A stretch of DNA of 64,000 nt from the NCBI GenBank assembly GCA_037481815.1, contig JBBFKX010000003.1:64001-128000 (forward strand), written 5' to 3'. Shown one piece after another: positions 28,286 through 37,607 of this stretch (position 1 is its first letter; each line of letters begins with the position of its first letter). The notes below the pieces were generated by a model, which saw only the letters and a list, made by a program, of their open reading frames with translations, was not told the origin of the DNA and did not search any database. The DNA comes from a candidate division WOR-3 bacterium (lineage in GTDB: Bacteria > Hydrothermota > 32-111). A program made the position numbers and the translations under genes.

Positions 28286-30837
28286 TTTAGTCCTTCTAAA
28301 ATTTCCCCTACCCTTTCAAGTTTCAATCTGAATTCTTCTATCTTCAGTTTTGTTTCTTCTATCACTTCATTATCCGCTTTATTCAAAAAGTTTTCATTCT
28401 TTAAAAGTTTCTCATTTTTTTCGATCTCTTTTTCAAGTTCTTCTTTCTCCTTTTCAAGTTTTTTAATAAATGACCAAATATCTGATATATCTTTCGATTC
28501 AATATAAACTATTCCCTCTTCAAAAGGTTTTGCAACAACATTTTTTGGTATATTATCCTTGAATTCTATATTCTCGATTTTTGAAAGTTTTTTTATCAGT
28601 TCAACATTCTCCTTCAAAAAATTGAAATCTTTTCCATCATACCTGACAAAAATATTTTTTACTCCAGTTTCCTGAACAAGGTTTCTGATTGAAACTATCA
28701 AAGATTTCAACATTTCTACGAGTTCAAAACTCGTTTGATCAAAAAATTCAAAAAATTCATCCTCTTCCTGATGTATCATTTTTTTTGAACCTAAAAGGGA
28801 ATTTATCTCTTCAGAAATGTAGGGCATATAGGGATTGAGATCTCTTATAAATCTTTTTAAAACGAATAGAGCGTTTCTGTTTGATTTCGTTTTTATTTTC
28901 ATTATCTCAAGGTACCAATCACAGAACTCTTTCCAGAAAAAATTATACAACGACTCAGCACCATCAGATAATCTATAATTTTCAATTGAATTTTGAAAAT
29001 CTTTTTCAAATTTTGAAAGCAAATGTAAAATCCATCTATCAAATTCATCTTTCGTTTCTTTTTCTATGATTATTTCATTTTCATTATGACTTAAAATCAA
29101 CCTTGTCGCATTCCAGATTTTGTTAGCGAAATTTCTTCCAAGTTCAAAAGATTTTTCAGATATTTTCGGATCAGTTCCCTGTCCGGAAAGAAAAACGAGA
29201 GTGAATCTCAACGAGTCGGCACCAAACTTGTTTATAATAATCAAAGGATCTATTCCATTTCCCAGAGATTTTGACATTTTTATTCCACGGCTGTCTCGAA
29301 TAGTGCCATGGATGTAAATGTCTTCAAAAGGTAATTTTCCTGTAAATTCAATTCCAGCCATTATCATCCTTGCGATCCAGAAAAACAAAATTTCAGATGC
29401 TGAAACTATAACTCTTGTTGGATAGAAATATTTAAAGTCCTCTTTACCATCGATCCAACCGAGTGTAGCAAAAGGCCAGAGCCAGGACGAAAACCATGTA
29501 TCAAGCACATTTTCATCCTGATGAACATTTCCACCACAATCTGGACATTTTTCTATCCTATCAACTGAAACAATCTCCCTTTTACATTTTTCGCAGTAAA
29601 AAACAGGTATTCTGTGTCCCCACCACAACTGTCTTGATATACACCAAGGTTTTATGTTTGAGAGCCAGTGATTGTAAACTCCCTGCCATCTTTGAGGAAA
29701 GAATTTTAACTCTTTTTCAAAAGAAGCTTTTAATGCTGGTTTTGCGAGTTCATCCATTTTAACAAACCATTGTTCTGAAAGGTATGGTTCAACAACAGTT
29801 TTACACCTATAGCATTCTCCAACAGAGTGCTCATACTCCTCTATCTTTTCCAATAGATTTAAACTTTCAAGATCCTTTATTATCTCTTCACGGGCTTTGT
29901 ATCTATCAAGACCTTTATATTTACCACCATTTTCATTAACAAAACCTTTCGTATCGAGAACAACTATTTTTTCAAGAGAATGTTTTTCTCCCATAACAAA
30001 ATCGTTGGGATCATGTGCTGGAGTAACCTTTACAAATCCGGTTCCAAAATTAACATCAACAAACTCATCCCCGATGATTTTAACCTCTCTGTTTATAAGT
30101 GGAACTATAACGGTTTCACCTATGAGTTTACTCTTCGTTTCATCTGAAGGGTTAACCGCAACAGCAGTATCACCAAGCATCGTTTCGGGTCTTGTTGTTG
30201 CTACAACGACATATCCATCCCTATTTTTAAAAGGATATCTTATATAATAAAGTTTTCCTTTTTTTGGATTGTAATCTACCTCTTCGTCAGATAAAGCTGT
30301 ATGACATCTTGGACACCAGTTAACTATATAGTTCCCTTTATAGATGTATCCTTTTTCATAAAGTTTTTTAAACACGAACGAGACCGTTCTTGACATATCC
30401 TCATCAAGAGTGAATTTTGTCCTATCCCAATCACATGTTGCACCAAGAGCTTTCAGTTGGTTGAGAATGATGTTCTTATGTTCATCAGCCCATTTCCATA
30501 CCTCTTTTTCAAAACCCTCCCTTCCAAGATCCTCTTTCTTTTTTCCTTCTTTTTTCAATTTTCTTTCAACAACAACCTGAGTTGCTATTCCCGCATGATC
30601 CGTTCCCGGCACCCATAATGAGTTGTACCCTTTGTTTCTATGATACCTGATAAGTATATCCTGTATGGTGTTGTTGAACGCATGTCCAAGATGCAAAACA
30701 TCTGTAACATTTGGAGGTGGGATAACTATGGTGTAAGGTTTTTTTGTGTAATCGATATTCGCTTTAAAAGGTTTTTTTTCTTCGTAAATTGAATTCCATT
30801 TTCTTTCACACTCTTTAAAATCGTAAATCTTTTCCAT
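28282..30837 (-). CDS. valS: Valyl-tRNA synthetase
   Basis: IPPPNVT..LHLGHA, PGTDHAGIATQ, TTRPET, WCISRQLWWGH, KMSKS, C-terminal coiled coil. Start moved to ATG 30837. Confidence 0.98.
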   Translation of the reverse strand: MEKIYDFKECERKWNSIYEEKKPFKANIDYTKKPYTIVIPPPNVTDVLHLGHAFNNTIQDILIRYHRNKGYNSLWVPGTDHAGIATQVVVERKLKKEGKKKEDLGREGFEKEVWKWADEHKNIILNQLKALGATCDWDRTKFTLDEDMSRTVSFVFKKLYEKGYIYKGNYIVNWCPRCHTALSDEEVDYNPKKGKLYYIRYPFKNRDGYVVVATTRPETMLGDTAVAVNPSDETKSKLIGETVIVPLINREVKIIGDEFVDVNFGTGFVKVTPAHDPNDFVMGEKHSLEKIVVLDTKGFVNENGGKYKGLDRYKAREEIIKDLESLNLLEKIEEYEHSVGECYRCKTVVEPYLSEQWFVKMDELAKPALKASFEKELKFFPQRWQGVYNHWLSNIKPWCISRQLWWGHRIPVFYCEKCKREIVSVDRIEKCPDCGGNVHQDENVLDTWFSSWLWPFATLGWIDGKEDFKYFYPTRVIVSASEILFFWIARMIMAGIEFTGKLPFEDIYIHGTIRDSRGIKMSKSLGNGIDPLIIINKFGADSLRFTLVFLSGQGTDPKISEKSFELGRNFANKIWNATRLILSHNENEIIIEKETKDEFDRWILHLLSKFEKDFQNSIENYRLSDGAESLYNFFWKEFCDWYLEIMKIKTKSNRNALFVLKRFIRDLNPYMPYISEEINSLLGSKKMIHQEEDEFFEFFDQTSFELVEMLKSLIVSIRNLVQETGVKNIFVRYDGKDFNFLKENVELIKKLSKIENIEFKDNIPKNVVAKPFEEGIVYIESKDISDIWSFIKKLEKEKEELEKEIEKNEKLLKNENFLNKADNEVIEETKLKIEEFRLKLERVGEILEGLK

Positions 30838-30900
30838 AAAAACTCCAAAATAGTTTTTATTATACAAAAATATCAAAAAAAGTAAATAAAAATGTTAATA

Positions 30901-30929
30901 TTGACTCATTAGAAAAATATGTATAAAAT
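30901..30929 (+). promoter_or_regulatory. sigma70 promoter
   Basis: TTGACT(30901)-17 nt-TAAAAT(30924). Confidence 0.6.
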
Positions 30930-30954
30930 TTTTTTTAAGGGAAAAGGAGATTTT

Positions 30955-32919
30955 ATGAAAAAAATCAATATTTTTTCTACAATTCTTTTGATATTGATAC
31001 TATTTTTGCCTTATAGTTCTTTCTCTCAAACTTTTAAAAACATAAAACTTTACTTATGGGATAATGATTATGGAGCAACTTTTGAAAACCCCGATCGACC
31101 TGGACAGTATATTGGTTATGAATACAATGTTGCAAAAGCTTTAAACTTTTTAGGTTATACGACAAATGTGAACCTTTTTATAGCAGATACACTCCCTTCA
31201 AGATTTGAACAACTAAGAAATTATCAAGCACTGTTCATAATAACAGGACATTATCCAGTACTTTCCAGAGATCAGATGTTTACATCACAGGAAGTTGGAC
31301 TTATGGCAGCATATCTTGATAGTGGTGGTTGTATCTATTTTGAGGGAAACAATTTTTTGGAATATCTGCAACACTATTTTAGATCTTTTGTTTACGCATA
31401 TTTCAACGATACAACAATAACATCAATCGTCGCAAGAGGAATAGATACTTTAAAAACTGATCCAACATCAAGTTTCACAAGAGATTATACTTTCACATAT
31501 CCTGCCTACTCTGTTTCAGATTCTGGAGTTGATTTTCTTTTCACAAACAATACTGGTTTAACAGAACCGAATTATTACAAAGTTTTATATTTTAACTCTT
31601 CCAACAAACTCTATAGATCAACAGCAACCGCATACACGCCACCTGAATCAAAAAGATATTACAGAGGAAGAATATTCTTACAATCAGTTGATCTTGGAGC
31701 GTTCTCATATTTTTCAACAAGAACATCAAGAAACCTTCCAGATTCAACAAAAAATCAATTGGTAAGAGCAGCATATTTAAGAGATATTTTAAGGTTTTTT
31801 GGATTTGCAAAGACATTACTTGTTGTCGATGATAAAACTGATACGATAGCAACACCAATTCAAAGAGTTATGAGTAGGTTGATAGATTTTGATACAGTAT
31901 TTGTTTCAACAAACGGCCCCTCATATAGAACACTGTCTAAATACAATTCTGTATTCTGGTACACAGACACAGTTGATTATCCTATAACAACAACTGACAC
32001 TGTAAACATTTCCACTTATCTCGATTTTGGTGGAAATCTTTTTATGTCATCTCTTAACCTTGCAGAACAGTATGGGACAGGGAATCTTTTTTTAAAAAAA
32101 TACCTTGGAATAGAATTATATAGTGACTCACAACCGTATTACACTTTCTATGGGTCATTAAACTCTTTCTGGGGAACGAATCCTGTTCTTGACACTTTTA
32201 ATATTATAAGGCCATCAACAGGTTACGAACCAGATGTTGTATCGATAGTCGATTCTTTTACAGATACAGCATTCTATATGAGAACATCAAAGATAGCCGG
32301 CACACATTTGGACAACAAACTTTTCAGAACAACATTTTTAACTTTTCCATTCCAGAGAGCCCAGACCCAGATAAAGGCCGGTTATCCGACAGATTCAATA
32401 ATAAAGATTGCTCTTGTTGACGGTTTTAAATATGACCTATCAATAACTCCTATAACTTCAAGAATATCAGAGTACTTTTTCACATCTTCTTTTAAGAGAG
32501 AAGGAGATAAAATCCTGTTGACACTTGTTTCAAACACAGATTTTGAAGGTTCTCTCACCATTTTAAAAAATTCAAACAAAATGGAACAGAAACAACTCAA
32601 GGGGACATTTTTCAAATTTTATCTGAAATATGAACCTGGTGAATATTTAATTTTGGTAAATGATCTTAAAGGAGATACAGTTTATAAAAAGAGTTTCAAT
32701 CTTGAAAATACAGGTTCAAATTTTGATTACTCTCTTAATGGGTTTATAAAAATAAACAGTTCACAAAAAACCGTTATCGAAGTTTTTGATATTTCAGGAA
32801 AAATACGTAAAAGTATAAGGTTGGATGAGGGAGAAAATTTTGTTGATTTTTCAGATCTATGTTCTGGATATTATTTTATTAAATATGGTGGAAAAATTCA
32901 AAAAGTACTAAAACTATAA
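30955..32919 (+). CDS. Secreted protein with T9SS type-A-like C-terminal sorting tail
   Basis: Signal peptide after AGGAG; two internal 'YLD.GG' alpha/beta modules; C-terminus IEVFDISGKI...DFSDLCSGYYFIK...KVLKL. Confidence 0.7.
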   Translation: MKKINIFSTILLILILFLPYSSFSQTFKNIKLYLWDNDYGATFENPDRPGQYIGYEYNVAKALNFLGYTTNVNLFIADTLPSRFEQLRNYQALFIITGHYPVLSRDQMFTSQEVGLMAAYLDSGGCIYFEGNNFLEYLQHYFRSFVYAYFNDTTITSIVARGIDTLKTDPTSSFTRDYTFTYPAYSVSDSGVDFLFTNNTGLTEPNYYKVLYFNSSNKLYRSTATAYTPPESKRYYRGRIFLQSVDLGAFSYFSTRTSRNLPDSTKNQLVRAAYLRDILRFFGFAKTLLVVDDKTDTIATPIQRVMSRLIDFDTVFVSTNGPSYRTLSKYNSVFWYTDTVDYPITTTDTVNISTYLDFGGNLFMSSLNLAEQYGTGNLFLKKYLGIELYSDSQPYYTFYGSLNSFWGTNPVLDTFNIIRPSTGYEPDVVSIVDSFTDTAFYMRTSKIAGTHLDNKLFRTTFLTFPFQRAQTQIKAGYPTDSIIKIALVDGFKYDLSITPITSRISEYFFTSSFKREGDKILLTLVSNTDFEGSLTILKNSNKMEQKQLKGTFFKFYLKYEPGEYLILVNDLKGDTVYKKSFNLENTGSNFDYSLNGFIKINSSQKTVIEVFDISGKIRKSIRLDEGENFVDFSDLCSGYYFIKYGGKIQKVLKL

Positions 32920-32920
32920 A

Positions 32921-32957
32921 TGTAAATTTTCTTTTACATTGTAATAAATTTATTACA
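32921..32957. promoter_or_regulatory. Two tandem 18-bp TGT-N12-ACA palindromes (enhancer / TyrR-like boxes)
   Basis: TGTAAATTTTCTTTTACA (32921-32938) and TGTAATAAATTTATTACA (32940-32957). Confidence 0.55.
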
Positions 32958-33008
32958 CATTTCCTCCTTATTCCTTTTTTATTTATCATTTAAATAACAA
33001 TTTAAGTT

Positions 33009-33024
33009 TAGCACAGAATTTGCT
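33009..33024 (+). promoter_or_regulatory. sigma54-like -24/-12 promoter with one mismatch
   Basis: TAGCAC-AGAAT-TTGCT versus consensus TGGCAC-N5-TTGCW. Confidence 0.4.
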
Positions 33025-33047
33025 TTCATCTATTCAAAGGAGGTTTT

Positions 33048-34082
33048 ATGAATTTTAACGATGAGATTTCAAATTTTATTGAAAAAAATATGGATGAACT
33101 GTCTGAACAAATTTTGAACAACCATCTTTTGATTGAAAATATTCAAAATTTCGATGAAAATAAAAAGGTTAAATCACTTGAAGATATAAAATACCATCTT
33201 CAATTTTTATCAAATTCAATAAAACTGGAAAGTAAAAAAAATTTTATTTCATATATTCTCTGGTGTGATAAACTTTTCAGTTCAATAAATCTATCAAGAA
33301 AGGACTTAATTGTAAATTTAAAAGCGATTAAAAACACTTTTAAATCATCTTTGAGCGAAGAAAATTTTAAAATTGTAAGCGAGTATATAGATGATGCTCT
33401 ATTCTATTTAAACGAAAGAACAATTTTTTCAAAAATCAACGAAAACGAAGAGTCCGAAAAATATTTATCCCTGGTACTTGAAGGTAAAAAGAAAGATGCT
33501 GAAAAATATATAGAAGAAAAAATAAAAAATGGATATCCTTTGGAGGATATATACATAAACATCCTCCAAAATGCACAACATAAAATCGGCTATCTCTGGC
33601 AAACAAACAAAATCAGTGTTGCACAGGAACATCTCGCAACATCCATCACAGAATACATAATGTCAAACCTTTATGAGTATATTTTCAAATCAAAAAAAAA
33701 CGGTTTGAAACTAATTTCATCCTGTGTTACAAAAGAACTTCATCAGATAGGTTTGAGGATGATCACAGATATACTTGAGTACCAAGGTTGGGATACCACA
33801 TATCTGGGAGCAAACACTCCAGACAATAGTATAATAGATATGTTGATAAAAAAAGATACTGACCTTCTGGCGATTTCTGTAACAATGTTTTTCAATATAA
33901 AAAGTGCGGAAAAATTGATAGAAAGGATCAGAAACGAAAAACAACTTTCTAAATTAAAAATACTTGTTGGGGGCTATCCTTTTAACACTGATCCAACTCT
34001 ATATAAAAAGATAGGAGCAGATTTTTACGCTAAAGATTGTAAAGATTGTTTAAAAGTAGTGAGGGAAAATTTTTATGTTTAA
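33048..34082 (+). CDS. Globin-like domain plus CarH-type cobalamin-binding protein (photocobilin-like sensor)
   Basis: Helical N-domain (EDIKYHLQFL...F.SYILW); W-x9-EH (WQTNKISVAQEH); ExHxxG (ELHQIG); YLGANTP, ISVT, ILVGG, IGAD. AGGAGG SD. Confidence 0.8.
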   Translation: MNFNDEISNFIEKNMDELSEQILNNHLLIENIQNFDENKKVKSLEDIKYHLQFLSNSIKLESKKNFISYILWCDKLFSSINLSRKDLIVNLKAIKNTFKSSLSEENFKIVSEYIDDALFYLNERTIFSKINENEESEKYLSLVLEGKKKDAEKYIEEKIKNGYPLEDIYINILQNAQHKIGYLWQTNKISVAQEHLATSITEYIMSNLYEYIFKSKKNGLKLISSCVTKELHQIGLRMITDILEYQGWDTTYLGANTPDNSIIDMLIKKDTDLLAISVTMFFNIKSAEKLIERIRNEKQLSKLKILVGGYPFNTDPTLYKKIGADFYAKDCKDCLKVVRENFYV

Positions 34083-35664
34083 ACAACCGTTCAACAGAGA
34101 AGGATACTTTTTCATCAAGAAGGTTAAAGAAAATTATTTTTATATTCTTGATGAACCATACATCGAGATTGGCCCCTTTAATATATACGATCTGATATTG
34201 AAAGATGAAGGTATGAGGTTTGAGAGATTTATAGAAAATATAGAAAAAAATGGTTTTTCTGCAAATCTTGAAATCAACTGTTTGCTTGATGGTTTAAAAA
34301 CCTTGAAATTTTCAGGAATCAAAAATAAAGATGAGACATTAATCTTGGTTCACTCCACTTTTGAATCTTTCTGTTCGGGAATCAAAAAAATAAAAATGTT
34401 TTTAACAGATTCTTTTGAACAAAAAAATTTTTTACAAAATATTAAAAATAATGTAAAAAAAGAAAACGAGTATACAAAAAATCTCTTGGATGAAATAAAA
34501 GATCTAAACAACCAACTTCTCGATTCAAAAAGGGAGTTAATCAAAACGAATATAAAACTCGAAACAATAAACGAACAAAAAAATATTCTTCTTGGAACTG
34601 TAGCTCATGATTTAAGAAATCCTCTTAACTGTATAATTAACTTTTCTAAATTTCTTTTAGAAAATTTTAACGGTCCAGAAGAACAAAAAGAGATGATAAA
34701 TGAAATTCACACAGCGAGTTCTTTCATGGTATCCCTTGTGAATGGACTTTTAGACTTTTCTTCAATAGAATCCGGTAAGGTTGATTTAAAACTTGAGAAA
34801 AAGGACTTATTTGAACTCGTTTCACACTCAGTAAAAATTTTAAAAAACATCGCCGATAGAAAAGAAATAAAAATAAGTTTAAGTAAAACACAAGAAAATT
34901 TTTACAGTTCGATAGATATTTACAAGATGGTTTCGGTAATCGAAAACCTTTTGTCGAATGCTATAAAGTATACACCAAAAGGTGGGCAAATTTTTATATC
35001 TCTGTATTCTAAAGATTCTTACAACTATATAGAAATTCAGGATACAGGAATAGGAATCGATAAAGATGATCTTGAAAAGATTTTTGACAAGTTTCAAACA
35101 ACAAAATCAAAACCAACAGATGGGGAAAATTCAACAGGCCTTGGGCTGTACATAGTAAAAAAAATAGTTACCTCACATAATGGAGATATAAAAATAGAAA
35201 GTCAAAAGAACAAAGGAACTCTTGTCAAAATCCGTTTACAAAAGTTAATCGATTTTGAAGAGACGAAAACAAGATTCGATATACCAGATGAAAACAAAAA
35301 AGTGCTTATCGCTGATGATGTTGAAACCAACTGTAAAATCCTAAAAAAACTTCTTGAAAAATATAATTTTTTTGTTGATTTTACTTTAAATGGAACAGAG
35401 ACGATTCAAAAGATAAAAGAAAATAAGTATTCGATTCTTTTTCTTGATATAGAACTCAACGATATCAGTGGGTTAAAGATCGCTGAAAAATATAAAAATG
35501 AATTCAATCTGTACATTGTTGGTATAAGCGGCTCAACAAATATAAAATCTGAGTATTTTGACGATTACCTTGAAAAACCTTTCGATGAAAATAAACTGGA
35601 AAGAGTTGTTGAAAGATTTTTCAAACATATTCAGAGTGTTAATTCAAAAATATCCATTGGATAG
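34075..35664 (+). CDS. Hybrid sensor histidine kinase / receiver
   Basis: H-box AHDLRNPL, NLLSNAIKYT, DTGIGI, TGLGL; receiver LIADD, FLDI, KPF; no TM helix. Confidence 0.9.
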   Translation: MFKQPFNREGYFFIKKVKENYFYILDEPYIEIGPFNIYDLILKDEGMRFERFIENIEKNGFSANLEINCLLDGLKTLKFSGIKNKDETLILVHSTFESFCSGIKKIKMFLTDSFEQKNFLQNIKNNVKKENEYTKNLLDEIKDLNNQLLDSKRELIKTNIKLETINEQKNILLGTVAHDLRNPLNCIINFSKFLLENFNGPEEQKEMINEIHTASSFMVSLVNGLLDFSSIESGKVDLKLEKKDLFELVSHSVKILKNIADRKEIKISLSKTQENFYSSIDIYKMVSVIENLLSNAIKYTPKGGQIFISLYSKDSYNYIEIQDTGIGIDKDDLEKIFDKFQTTKSKPTDGENSTGLGLYIVKKIVTSHNGDIKIESQKNKGTLVKIRLQKLIDFEETKTRFDIPDENKKVLIADDVETNCKILKKLLEKYNFFVDFTLNGTETIQKIKENKYSILFLDIELNDISGLKIAEKYKNEFNLYIVGISGSTNIKSEYFDDYLEKPFDENKLERVVERFFKHIQSVNSKISIG

Positions 35665-35674
35665 TTTTTAAAGA

Positions 35675-36484
35675 TCATTTCCTTGCTATAAAAACTACAA
35701 GAGGACTAAAATTTTTTGAATCAAAATTCAAAGAGTCAGGTTTCATCCTGTAAAAAATGTAGAGGATTTTTTGTATTTTCATCATAAGATCAAAAATTTT
35801 CTTTTTGTTTTTTGAAGGGTTGAACTGATAAATATCAAAAATACCTGCGTAACCTAAAAAGCAAATTTTTATATGATTTTTTTTAGCAAAATCTTCAAAA
35901 AAAGATAGTTTCATCGTTTCAAGATTGTGACCTTCAAGAGATTTTTCATTCAAAAATCTTGTTATTATTTTATTGAAACCTGTTTTGTTTGGAACCGTTA
36001 CAACAAGATATCCATCCTTCTTTAAAATCTTTAAATGTCTTTTTAAAACTTGTTCTGGATCATCAAAATGTTCTATAAAACCTCTCGATACAACAAGATC
36101 AAAAAAACCTTCATATCTATCGATCGTTTGAGAAAAAAAATCGGCAAAAATAACGTTTGTTTCATCATATCCTTTCATTTGAAAGACCTTTTTGTTCATC
36201 TCATATCCTGTTGAAGAGATTTCGATACCGAACGGAATTGATTTCAACTCTTTTGCAACCTCACATATAAAATAACCTGGTGCTGAACCTATTTCTACAA
36301 TCTTGTTAATTTTTTTACCTTTTAACCTATCATAGATAATTTTTAAAATTATCTCGTTCACATAGGGAGATAACAATCTTGAAAATTTAGAAAATTTAGA
36401 AAATTTTGATATGTACATCTGATCATCAATTTTTTCTTTGTTATATTTTTCATCCCAAAATTTTTTTGATAACAAATTTTTCAT
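35675..36484 (-). CDS. Class I SAM-dependent methyltransferase
   Basis: VEIGSAPG, GIEIS, FDLVVS.GFIEH, LK..G.LVVTVPN. Confidence 0.85.
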   Translation of the reverse strand: MKNLLSKKFWDEKYNKEKIDDQMYISKFSKFSKFSRLLSPYVNEIILKIIYDRLKGKKINKIVEIGSAPGYFICEVAKELKSIPFGIEISSTGYEMNKKVFQMKGYDETNVIFADFFSQTIDRYEGFFDLVVSRGFIEHFDDPEQVLKRHLKILKKDGYLVVTVPNKTGFNKIITRFLNEKSLEGHNLETMKLSFFEDFAKKNHIKICFLGYAGIFDIYQFNPSKNKKKIFDLMMKIQKILYIFYRMKPDSLNFDSKNFSPLVVFIARK

Positions 36485-36488
36485 AATT

Positions 36489-37607
36489 TCACTTTAAAAA
36501 CTTATGGTAACATCTCCTTCTTTTGTGTTGTCTATGTTCAAAATGTTTCCAGAAAGATTGGATCTTAAAATTGTTTTCAAGTTCTCCACTCGTTTCCGCA
36601 GAAATTATTTTGTTTTTTATACATGACTTTGCTATTTCAGTTATCAGAAGTGCATTAACTCCCAAATCCTGATACTCTTTTTTTACAGCTACAAGATAAA
36701 GATCTATTTTTTCTGGAAACTTGAGAGCCCATAGAATATGTATGAATCCAAATGGGAATATTTTTCCATTAGATCTTTGTAACGCTTTTGACAAAGAAGG
36801 CATCGCTATCCCAAATCCAACAGGATTCTTATCTTTATCAACAACTATCTTAACATAATCCGGGTTTATGAATCCAAAATATTGATTGGTATACATTTCC
36901 ATCTGTTCTCTATCAAGTGGAACAAAACCGTACAAATTTGAATACGATTCATTCAATATTTCAAAAATATTTATCGCATACTTTTTAAGTTCTTTTGCAC
37001 TTTTTGTTTCCAAAACTGATACTCGCAACTTTTCTTTTACTATCTCGTTGACTCTTAAAATTTTTTCGGGAATATTCTTTGGGACCTTAACCTCAAACTC
37101 TACCCAATCGATATCCTTTTCATAACCAAGTTTTTTCATATGTTGTTGATAGTACTCATAATTGTAAATCATCGGAAGTGTTCCAAGTTCATTGAAACCT
37201 TCGATCAACATTCCTTCAGGATCAAGATCTGTAAACCCCATAGGCCCATGACTTTCAAAAATACCGTTACTTCTCAACCAATCCTCGTATGTTGAAAAGA
37301 GTAAGGAGGAAACATCAAAATCATCAACAAAATCAACCCACCCAAACCTTCTAATATTTTTCTTCCATATCTCTATTTCTTTTTTATTGATTATTCCAAC
37401 TATTCTTCCCAAAACTCTATTTCCATCTTCAACTATCCATATTTTAACATCTGAATATTTGAATGCGGGATTCTTTTCTTCTTTTAAAGTGTTCAGTAGA
37501 TCATCTCTCAAAGGTGGGACAAAAAATTTACAATCTTTATATAAAAAATATTGAAAATCTATAAACCTTTTTAAATCCTTTTTACTTTTAACCTCTACGA
37601 TTCTCAC
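36489..37607 (-). CDS. GNAT-fold YghO / bacterial ceramide-synthase-like protein
   Basis: F..F...LY....FVPPL, KNPAF, GRI, FGWVDF.DD, GPMGFTDLDPEGMLIEGF, YN..YY, ELENN. Confidence 0.65.
   Translation of the reverse strand: MRIVEVKSKKDLKRFIDFQYFLYKDCKFFVPPLRDDLLNTLKEEKNPAFKYSDVKIWIVEDGNRVLGRIVGIINKKEIEIWKKNIRRFGWVDFVDDFDVSSLLFSTYEDWLRSNGIFESHGPMGFTDLDPEGMLIEGFNELGTLPMIYNYEYYQQHMKKLGYEKDIDWVEFEVKVPKNIPEKILRVNEIVKEKLRVSVLETKSAKELKKYAINIFEILNESYSNLYGFVPLDREQMEMYTNQYFGFINPDYVKIVVDKDKNPVGFGIAMPSLSKALQRSNGKIFPFGFIHILWALKFPEKIDLYLVAVKKEYQDLGVNALLITEIAKSCIKNKIISAETSGELENNFKIQSFWKHFEHRQHKRRRCYHKFLK

Noticed and set aside
30838..30954. T-box riboswitch upstream of valS (also checked tyrS and trpS)
   Set aside because: The leaders are too short (about 120 nt or less) and I saw no GGTGGNACCGCG motif.
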